The position numbers were made by a program, and so were the translations under genes. From Camelus dromedarius (Eukaryota), in contig NC_087436.1 in the NCBI RefSeq assembly GCF_036321535.1, positions 108,440,001 through 108,504,000 of the forward strand: DNA of 64,000 nt, read 5' to 3'. The notes beneath the pieces were generated by a model. It had not been told where the DNA came from. It saw only the letters and a list, made by a program, of their open reading frames with translations, and made no database searches. Of this stretch, positions 1-9,400 are shown piece by piece. Position 1 is the stretch's first letter. Every line of letters starts with the position of its first letter.

Positions 1-560
1 ACTGCATTCCCACCAGCAGTGTAGGAGGGTTCCCCTTTCTCCACAGCCTCTCCAGCATTTGTCATTTATGGTTTTTTGAATGACAGCCATTCTGACTGGT
101 GTGAGGTGATACCTCATTGTAGTTTTGATTTGCATTTCTCTGATAATTAGTGATATTGAGCATTTTTTCATGTGCCTTTTGATCATTTGTATGTCTTCCT
201 TGGAGAATTGCTTGTTTAGGTCTTCTGCCCCTTTTTGGATTGGGTTGTTTATTTTCTTGTTATTGAGTTGTATGAGCTGCTTAAATATTCTGGAGATCAA
301 GCCTTTGTCGGTTTCATTTGCAAAAATTTTCTCCCATTCTGTAGGTTGTCTTTTTGTTTTACTTATGGTTTCCTTTGCTGTGCAGAAGCTTATAAGTTTC
401 ATTAGGTCCCATTTGTTTATTCTTGCTTTTATTTCGTCTAGGAGAAAATTTTTGAGATACATGTCATGTAATGTTTTGCCTATGTTTTCCTCTAGGAGGT
501 TTATTGTATCTTGTCTTATGTTTAAGTCTTTGATCCATTTTGAGTTGATTTTTGTATATG
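1..560 (-). mobile_element. LINE-1 ORF2 3' region, non-inverted part of a 5'-inverted L1; its 3' end lies left of the window
   Basis: The reverse complement from 560 reads CATATACAAAAATCAACTCAAAATGGATCAAAGACTTAAAC and continues through typical L1 ORF2 3' sequence. The + ORF 125..745 is its familiar antisense reading. Confidence 0.92.
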
Positions 561-1095
561 AATTACACACAGAAAACTATAAACCATTGATGAAGGAAAT
601 AAAGAAGACTTTAAAAAATGGAAAGATATCCCATGCTCTTGGACTGGAAGAATCAATATTGTTACAATGGTCGCACTGCCCAAGGCAATCTACAGATTTA
701 ATGCAATCCCTATCAAATTACCCAGGACATATTTCACAGAACTAGAACAAATCATAATAAAATTTATATGGAACCATCAAAGACCTAGAATTGCCAAAGC
801 ATTACTGAAGAGAAAGAAAGAGGCTGGAGGAATAACTCTCCCAGACTTCAGACAGTACTATAGAGCTACAGTCATCAAGACAGCATGGTATTGGTACCAA
901 AACAGACATGTAGACCAATGGAACAGAATAGAGAGCCCAGAAATGAACCCACAAACTTTTGGTCAACTCATCTTTGACAAAGGAGGCAAGAATATACAAT
1001 GGAATAAAGACAGTCTCTTCAGCAAATGGTGTTCGGGAAAACTGGACAGCAGCATGTAAAGCAATGAAGCTAGAACATTCCCTTACACCATATAC
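561..1095 (+). mobile_element. LINE-1 ORF2 fragment (post-RT region), inverted segment of the same insertion
   Basis: ORF 667..1059 encodes [16 protein letters not shown]...[36 protein letters not shown]...[20 protein letters not shown], characteristic of L1 ORF2p. Frame disruptions occur near 650 and 1035. Confidence 0.95.
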
Positions 1096-1345
1096 GAGAA
1101 TGAACATCTTCATCTTCTTCAGAAGTGATTGTGAGGATGGGACAGTCAGTGTGCTTAGCCCGGTGTTTGGCAAATTATGTGCTCCCTGGGACTAAGTATC
1201 GTTTAGAAACATTATTGTACAGAATCCTCATAACAGCCCCCAGGGAGGTATACTGGCCCCATTTTGGAGACTAGTAAACTGAGGTTTAGAGAGGTGAAGT
1301 CACTTGAATGAGGTCAAAGATCTGGAGTCAATGTCCAGGTCATGT
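1096..1345. mobile_element. Two adjacent MIR fragments in opposite orientations
   Basis: GATTGTGAGGAT...GTGCTTAGCCCGGTGTTTGGCA resembles a MIR 3' part; AATCCTCATAACAGCCC...AAACTGAGGTTTAGAGAGGTGAAGTCACTTG resembles an antisense MIR core. Confidence 0.6.
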
Positions 1346-1892
1346 CTTTCTATTGGTTACTCTAGACTTTCTTTTTTGAAAGGAAAGGCCAGGCTCTATA
1401 GGAGAAAAGGACATTGGAGCAATGCTTTAGTCTGAGTTCAAGCTCTGACTCAAAGCTCACGGTTATTGACAGGGCCACGCTCCCTGTCTAGACTGCATCA
1501 GTGCTCTTCCAGCTGACATCAAAGGGTGCGAGTGGACCCCTTACCAGGGAATTCTCACCGTCCACACTGGTGGTGCTCAGGTACGTTGGACGGGGAACCT
1601 CCTGGTATGCCTTCCTTGTATTGCTTTCCATGGTCACTCATCAGGAACTGCAGATCTTACATTAAACAGTGAGAAAAGGACATGGCCAAGACAGTTCAGT
1701 GTGCAGGCTCGTGGCTCCTCTTAATAAAGTTACTAGGAACACTGGCACTGTGCAGTGGTAACATCCTGAGAGAGTGTACAGAAACCTCACAGGGCTCTGC
1801 AGGCAGACTTGGCCTCTGGATTACAGGGAATGGGGCCTTGGAAGATCAGTGAGGGAGCAGGTGGCTTTTAGGGAAGTGAGAAAATCAGTTAC

Positions 1893-2280
1893 ATTATTCA
1901 TTCAACAGCTTGTCACTGCCTCTTATGTGCCAGGCACTATTCTAAGTTCAAGGCTATCCCAGCAAGCAAGATGGATAAAAATCTCTGCCTTCACAGGCAG
2001 GAGGTTATATCTGAGAAGGAAGAGATATTATATTAATAAGCAAACAAATATACATATCAAGTGGTGGCAGTGCTTTGGAGGAAAAATAGCACTCATTCAG
2101 AAAGCAGTGAGTCTAGGGCCAGGGGGACAGCGTGCTGGTTTTCCCATGTGGTGCAGTCAGCGAGGGCCTCTCTGTGATGGGGCTCGAGAGCCAAAGCCTG
2201 AATCAAGTCGCTTATTCATGAGCACTCTGGGAATAAGCATTCCAGTAGACAGAACCGCCGGCAAAGGCCTGAGCTTATGG
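1893..2280 (-). mobile_element. LINE-2 3' fragment
   Basis: ATTCATTCAACAG...TATGTGCCAGGCACTATTCTAAG is the reverse complement of the L2 3' terminus. Confidence 0.7.
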
Positions 2281-2452
2281 GGTGACCAGTCTGAGAGGAA
2301 ACCCCACAGGCACTTGGAAGGACAATTCGGCTCCAAACGAACCCATAACTGTGAAACCGTGGCATCCAGATCGAGTAGAAAGATCCTTATTCTGGCACTT
2401 TTCACTAGCAAGCTGCCTACATGCAGCTCTCAGTCCAAGAGCATCTAGTTCA

Positions 2453-3640
2453 TTTTATTTATTCTAATAAAAATTGTATATATTTATGGTGTACAATACA
2501 ATATTTTGATATATATGTACATAGTGAAATGATGACTATAGTCAAGCTAATTAACATATTTATCTCCTTACAGAGTTACCACCTTTTTTTGTCCTGAGAG
2601 CACCAGCAATCTAATCTCTTAGCAAATTTCAAGTATACAGTACCGTATTACTAACTATAGTCATCATGATGTATATCAAGTTTTTAAATTGCTAGAATTT
2701 ATTCATCCTATGTAACTGCAGCTTTGTACCCTTTGACCAGTATCTACTCATTTGCCCCACCTCCCCACCCCTGATAACCACCATTCTACTCTCTGCTTCT
2801 ATGAATTCAGTGTTTTTAGATTCCACTTATATAAGTGAGATCATGTAGTATTTTTCTTTCTGTGTCTGACTCTTTTCACTAAGTATAATGTCCTCCAGAT
2901 TCATCCATGTTGTCACTAATGGCAGGATAACTTATTTTTCAAGGCAGGATAATGTTCATGTGTGTGTGTGTGTGTGTGTGTGTATAACAATTTCTTTATC
3001 CATTTTCCCATTGACAGACACTTAGGTTGTTTCTATGTCTTGGCTATTGTAAATAATAATGCAACGAACATGAGAGAGCAGGTATCTCTTCAAAGTACTG
3101 ATTTCATTTCCTTTGAATATATACCAAGAAGAGAGGTTGATGAATTACGTGGTAATTCTTTTTTAATTTTTTGAGATATCTTATGTTTCCCCTAATGATG
3201 GTCCCAATTACATTCCCACCACCAACAGTGCACAAAATTCCCCTTTCTCATCATTCTTGCCAATACTCATCTTTTATCTTTTTCAGTATAGCAATGTTAA
3301 CAAGTGTGAAGTGATACCTCGTTGAGGTTTCAATTTGCATTTCCCTGATGATTAATGATATTGAGCAACTTCCATAATATGTTGGCCCTGTATGTCTTTT
3401 TTGGGAAAGTGTCTATTCGGGACCTTTGGCCATTTTAAAATCAAGTTATTTGTCTTTTTTTACTACTCAGTTGTATGAGTTCCTTATATATTTTGAATAT
3501 TACCCCCTTATCAGATACATGGTTTGCAAATATTTTCTCCCATTCCACAGATTGCCTTTTTTATTTTGTTGATTTTTTTTTGGCTGTGCAGAAGCTTTTT
3601 AAATTGTGTAGTCCCACTTGTTTATCTTTGCTTTTGTTAC
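2453..3640 (-). mobile_element. Old LINE-1 3' end (L1MA/L1MB-type)
   Basis: T-rich start, then AAATTGTATATATTTATGGTGTACAA...AGTCAAGCTAATTAACAT, TTAGATTCCACTTATATAAGTGAGATCATG, TTGCATTTCCCTGATGATTAATGATATTGAGCA and GCTGTGCAGAAGCTTTTT. Contains a (TG)n tract at ~2959-2983. Confidence 0.88.
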
Positions 3641-4829
3641 CAGGACATCAATTTTAAATGTGAACACAAAAACCCTAATCACTGACTTTCATTTATGGGG
3701 CAAATCAAAGGGCTATATTGAGTTCCCAGGGGTAGAAAAATCCTATCTAGGGACCACAGGCTATGTGTGTTTAAATTATAATAATCCTGTGAATGAGCAG
3801 GAAGGAAGATCCATGAATTTAGTTAACTACTAGTTTGGAAACTTCTCATGTTGCAAAGTTACAAGGAGTTAATGGATTAATTAGAATGTTGCAAAACAGT
3901 TTGTGAAGCTCGTTTTGGGTGTAGCCTTCATTCCTGGCTGACAAGTACTTGTGCCAGTGCTTGAATTTTTAATTCATTGAAAGTTGTGTGGAATAATGGA
4001 CAGAAATAATGGGCTTTGTGTTGAACAAATCAGAGTTTGAATCTTGGTCCCATCACTCAACAGTGGTGTGATCTTGAGCCTGCTATTTAAGCTCTCTGAG
4101 GCTTAGTGTTTCTCTGTAAATCTTATGTAGTTATACATATTTTCAGAGTGACTAAGAGGGAAAAGCAAGGAATGTAAAGCATGCAGTATGTGGCAATTAC
4201 ATAATTAATGCTGACTATTGTTATCCAACAAATATCTATTCCATACATCTATGAAGCATGATGTGCCCTCCATGGAGGCATGTGGGGAGCTTAAATGTAA
4301 GAAAGATATGATTTCTTCCCTCTGGAAACATACCCTTAAGTTGTAAAGATGTGCTCCCAAGTGGCTGTAAGATAATATATTCTAAGTTTTTTTTTTAAAG
4401 TCCTCTAAAATCACCCAAAATGGGAGAGATTTCCTCTAATTCTGCTTGGAGAAGTTTCATGGAAGAGTTTTAGGAGTTTGAAAGGCAGAATTGGTGTGGA
4501 AAGAGTTTTCCAAATACATGCAATGTTTTTGAACAGAACTTGGAGATGGAGAAGCTCAGGATGAGTTTGGAAGGACTGTGAGCTGTCAGGTAGAGTGGAT
4601 GAACAGATGTAGGGCTGATGTGCAGTCCTCAAGCTGGTACCAGATCATGTTGAGACCACGATGCTATTCCAAGGATCTTGGGCTGTATTCATTGGGCAGA
4701 TAGGGAGCCATGGAAGCTTTTTCCATTAAGGGTATGATAAGATAAGGGTTGCATCTCAAAATGATTGCCCTGGCAACTCTGTGTGGTATGCATAGAGCAT
4801 GGAGGGACTTGTGACAGAGACAGGAGCTG

Positions 4830-5050
4830 GTAGCAACTGAGCACTTACTCTGTTCTGAAAGTACTGTTCATGAATTCCCTCAACAGTCCACTGAGCTCAG
4901 GGGTATTACCATGCCTCCTTTCACAGATGAGGACATTAAGGCATGGAGATGTTAAATAACTTACCCAAGGTCACACAGCTAGTAAGAGGTCAGACTTGAA
5001 TCCCAGCAGTCAGGCTCTAGAGTCCATCCTCCAAACCACTGCTCAGTATT
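4830..5050 (-). mobile_element. MIR SINE
   Basis: TTTCACAGATGAGGACATTAAGGCATGGAGATGTTAAATAACTTACCCAAGGTCACACAGCTAGTAAG matches the antisense MIR core. Confidence 0.8.
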
Positions 5051-5809
5051 GCTTTGAAAGCCACCAAGAGTTAAGAATGCCTGCATACTATCCTGTTCTG
5101 CCTTTGCCTGATCGTTCTTCCTCTTCCTTGAGCCTCAGTTTGCTTGTCTCTGAAATAGGTGACTTGATTTGGGTTTCTGAGATGCTTTCTAACTCTTGTG
5201 TTTTTTAAACCCTATATTTTAACATGGGTCTGAGCTACTTGGTCAGTAATGGGGGAAACATAAACATGGATTGGTTGTGCAAGTTAGAGACAGAAACTCC
5301 AAACAGGTTTTGTTTCTGATTGACTTTTCTTCCTTTTCTCAAACTTTCTCTGGCTCCAAATTTACTCAAATCAATTGAAAACAAACAAGCACAGGAGGTA
5401 CACAATGAAATACACACACACACGCATGCACGCACGCACTGAAGGGCATTGACCTAATGCATAAGGTAACTGCTCAACTCTAAAATTTACAAATATTAAG
5501 AGTACTTACTAGTTTATCATACCCATGCTTTGAAACAGTGTGATAGTTACTATGCAAACCAGAGTATTAGTTCACAGTGACTCACACAGAGCCCTAGGAT
5601 AAAGCAACTCATTGAAAAACGAAAGTCAATATTGAATGACTCCCTTAAGCCTCATTTCTCTCTGCACTCAGCTAGTTGGGACAAAACACACACTGCTTTC
5701 CCTGACTAGTAAACAGGGTTTCTGAAGCAGCTGATTCTAAGCTGTCACTTTGCCTCTCGGCATTTTCAGGTTTTTCTTCTTGTTTCAAGATGCAGTGCTC
5801 TGGTGTCTG

Positions 5810-6100
5810 TCTGCAGCGGGAGTCCAGCCCCTGGTTAGTTTCCGTTTCCAAGGCAACTGACCAGCCCAACAAAGCCACTGGCTGCGCGGGCTCGCTGGTC
5901 CCGGGGCGACCGACGAGCCATCACTGCCGTGAGTCCTGTTTCCTCAGGACCTTCCTGGTGACCTCCCGGGTCTTCGGGCGATCTGCGTGTTACTTCAAGC
6001 GTGGCTGTCTCTGTGTGAGAGTGATAACGAGGAAGCCGATAATTCCGACAGGCCCGACTTTATCCGGCTGCCACTTCTGGCCTCCGCTACAGTAGACAGG
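5810..6100 (+). promoter_or_regulatory. KCNIP4: CpG-enriched putative alternative promoter of the KChIP4a first exon
   Basis: About 19 CpGs in 5880-6090 in an otherwise CpG-depleted window, non-repetitive, and ~260-470 nt upstream of the KChIP4a ATG. The TSS cannot be determined from sequence. Confidence 0.7.
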
Positions 6101-6109
6101 ATGGATGCA

Positions 6110-6253
6110 TTTTCTCTCATTCACGCCCTCTCTCTCAGCCTCTCCATCTCGTCTCCTTTCTCTTTCTCTCTCTCTCCCTCTCTCCTCTCTCTCTCCGTCT
6201 CTCTCCTCTCTCTCTCCTCTCTCTCTCTAGCTCTCCTCCTCCCCTTCTCCTCT
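6110..6253. repeat. CT-rich polypyrimidine low-complexity tract
   Basis: ~140 nt of imperfect (CT)n/(CCT)n with very few purines. Confidence 0.95.
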
Positions 6254-6279
6254 GGCAGTAGCCTTCTTAATGTAGTTTA

Positions 6280-6345
6280 ATGGCTTTACAAAGAAAGCCA
6301 GGCAGAGGAGCACTTCTCAGTAGCTGTGGTCGGACCATGACCTAG
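6280..6345 (+). promoter_or_regulatory. Upstream ORF (21 aa, MALQRKPGRGALLSSCGRTMT*) in frame with KChIP4a, containing a nested ATG-ACC-TAG at 6337-6345
   Basis: Read directly: ATG 6280, ATG 6337 in ACCATGA context, TAG 6343-6345, then CTG ACC and the main ATG at 6352. Function is not shown, and it depends on the TSS lying upstream. Confidence 0.6.
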
Positions 6346-6351
6346 CTGACC

Positions 6352-6451
6352 ATGAACTTGGAAGGGCTTGAAATGATAGCAGTTCTGATCGTCATTGTGC
6401 TTTTTGTTAAATTATTGGAACAGTTTGGGCTGATTGAAGCAGGTTTAGAAG
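6352..6451 (+). CDS. KCNIP4: Kv channel-interacting protein 4, alternative first coding exon of isoform KChIP4a (K-channel inactivation suppressor, KIS domain); partial CDS
   Basis: ATG 6352 in ACCATGA context translates to MNLEGLEMIAVLIVIVLFVKLLEQFGLIEAGLE plus one G, matching the KChIP4a N-terminus as I recall it (LIVIVL at 12-17, VKL at 19-21). It is followed by donor AAG|GTAAGG at 6451/6452, phase 1, consistent with the next residues D-S-V-E-D-E in the shared downstream exon. Confidence 0.97.
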
Positions 6452-9400
6452 GTAAGGGAGTGCTTTTTAGTGACTTCTAAAAATTATCTGCTTTGCAATA
6501 AAAATTTCTTAAGCGAGTATAAGAGGCACCTGAAATGAGATCAGAGAAATGTTACTCTGGGGTGGACATGAAGAGAGGCAGGTTTTTCAGGGTAGGAAAG
6601 ATTAATTAAATAAACTTTTTGTAAGTTTCAGTAATGTTTTCAGAGCAAAAGAATGTTAAAACTATGAGAAACACTTTGAATCAAAATGTTAGCACCTAAA
6701 CTGAGGAGATAGAAGGTTTATAATTGCTTTATCTGCTTATATTGAGAGAGTTTAGTCCATATGATGTCAGATTATTTTATCTAATGTCCCCTTTTATTGT
6801 ATCAGCAAATTTTATTTGGATATATTGTGAGGTCCACTTGTTTCTTGCTATGTAAATGCATTCATCACATGGAATTGCTTATACATTGATTATTATTTCT
6901 TATTAGAATTGGAGCCTGTGAATGACAAGCTTTTTATAAGGTTTTCACAATAAGTATCTATATTACCTATTTTACATCCCATCGGAGACTCTAAGGGACA
7001 GAGTCCCAACTCATATGATAGACTTTAACATAGATTCCAAATAGCCAATTGTTTTTCAAGTGTTGCTGTTTACATTCATCAGTCTCATTCCCCTATTCTC
7101 CTTAAAAATCATCTTTCTTTAAAAAATAAGGTGTGTACTTGCCTGTATCTCTTCCTGAATTCAGTGTTTCTTTAGAATCTGAGTACATTATTATTGTTTT
7201 CTTACTGTGCAGAACATATATGAGAGTATTTTTGCATACAGCCAGTTATTGTTTCTGTAAAGTTGTCAGAGCAGTTTTTGAAAGCATCCCTAGGAGATAT
7301 TTGATGTAGTTATGCTTTGATATTCTTCTTGCCTCAAATTTTAAACCTGGGTGAAAATGCAAATATATTATAAATGTATTTACATCACAACTAATCCAGT
7401 CCTCCAGAGAATGATTGCCACATGTGACATAAATAAGACTGCTTTTACAAATAGCAAACGTCAAATTACAGTAAGTGTGTCACTCTGATGTAGGTTATAG
7501 AAACCTACATTTGTAACTGGTTGCGTGGGGGGATGGTGGAAAGCAGGGTTTGTTAAAGTAATCTTAAAATAAGTTTGCAAAATGCTTTTTGCAGCCATCT
7601 CTGATGGCAATATTTGTAGTTCTACAAAGAGGATAAAATTCTAAATTCTAGAAGTAGTGACTGATCATTAAAATTGATGTTATCTTATGCATTGTTATGA
7701 CACCAATAACTTGGTTTAGCGTCTCTGCTCTTTAGTGTGTGTTATTTTTCTGGCAAATGTGATTGGCACCTCCCATTTTAATGCCCTGGTTTTTATTCTC
7801 TTTGAGACTGACAGTTCCTTGGAGTAGTGTTGGTATTTCTAGCTATGCTGAGGGACTGTTTTTTCACCTGATTTCATGGATGATGTGCAGTCATTTTTAA
7901 AATTCTTTTGTTGAGAGCTTTACTCTGCATTTTTTGATGAAACCACCGCTAATATTGGCTTTGTTTCAGAAGCACCAGCATTTACTCCCCCAAATGAGAG
8001 CATGTGTTTCCTTCCTCTAAGGTCTGCTAACCTTTATGAAGCTATTTTTTCTAATTATTTATTACTTACATTTCAAACTGTACTGGTTTGTATGAACAGT
8101 GTCTATCTCATAATTTATATTTTACAATATCAGCATTTTCCAGACCAACATTGTACTAATACTGTGGAGAGACTGTACGTTCTCATAAACTTCAAGATAA
8201 ACGCATGTCTTATTTCCGGGTTTTAGAAGTATTTTGAAGTGGTAAAATGTTAATGACCACATTAAGGAGGAATTAATACTCAGTATGTAAAAGTTGATAA
8301 AGAAGGGGAACAATAGAGCGTTCCATTTTGGAGTTTGTGTAAGACTTATCCCCAAAGTCAATGCTAGAGTCAGAAACCCTGCAAAACACCATTTAAGTTG
8401 GCCACGTACTTTGTTTACTGGAGATACAAAACAAATAGACTGATATGCTATATTTCATTGTATATGGTTTGAATCTATAGATAAGAATGTGTATACTTTA
8501 AAGTTACAGCCTAATTTTAATGAATGAAAAGGATAACAGCATTTAATATCAAAATAGCATCTTCATATATTTTCTGAAGCTTCCTTAAAAATAAACTGAT
8601 GCTCATTTCATCCAGATTTATTTTCAAATAAGAGTTCTTGTCCCCCTCCATCATTTTACATATCTAAGTTGGGGGTAGTTATTTCTTTCACCTTTCCTAT
8701 TTCTGTCTGCTCAAGTGACCTAGTAAAGAAAATCTGACTATTAAGTACAAAAATTTGAACCTAGGTTAAAGCCTTATGAGGATAATTTTGAGTTTTTTTC
8801 CCCTTAAATAATTAAACCTTTTCATCTAGACTTCTAACTGTCTTACACTTAGTCATCATTCCGAATGTAAGGGTTTCTTGTATTATTACAATGCATTATG
8901 CTCTCAAGGGCATATTATAATACTATGTCTGCATAATGTAGTTATTATCTTGCTTTAAATATGTATAGAAAATGAACTCAAAATAAATCGGTAACAGTAA
9001 AATTTGAAATACTTGTATTTGTTTATCTTTGAGTACTTTGAGCTCCAATTCTTTGTAAAAGACTGTGGAGTGTGTCCTGGATGTCCTGAGTCCGTCTCTT
9101 CCAGTCTATATATGATATGCATAAACACACAGTGCTATACCTAGATCCACAGCATGTTTTTATAAACAAAAAAATTTGCATTTAGTAGTAACATTCTTCA
9201 ACATGAGAAAATAAAACAATAGTAGGAGTACAAATTCTTACTCCTTCTCTGCCCTTCTCTTGCTTTCTAACCTTGGATAAGTCACTTCGCCTCTTCAGTT
9301 GTCTAAAGTGAGAAAACTGAGCTCGGTAATCTCCCTGGAACTTTCCATTTTGAGAGTTCTGTGAATCTATCAGGTAATTAAAATTTGATCATTTATATAA

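Noticed and set aside
125..745. 206-aa hydrophobic ORF
   Set aside because: Antisense reading of L1 ORF2 running across the inversion junction; not a gene.
1774..2448. 224-aa ORF, the longest in the track
   Set aside because: Non-ATG start, overlaps an antisense L2 fragment, and shows no recognisable domain.
5987..6280. 97-aa Ser/Leu-rich ORF
   Set aside because: Composition comes from the CT tract. Kept only as a possible uORF from ATG 6101.
7488..7510. 9-bp hairpin ATGTAGGTT/AACCTACAT
   Set aside because: Too short for a miRNA precursor and within chance expectation.
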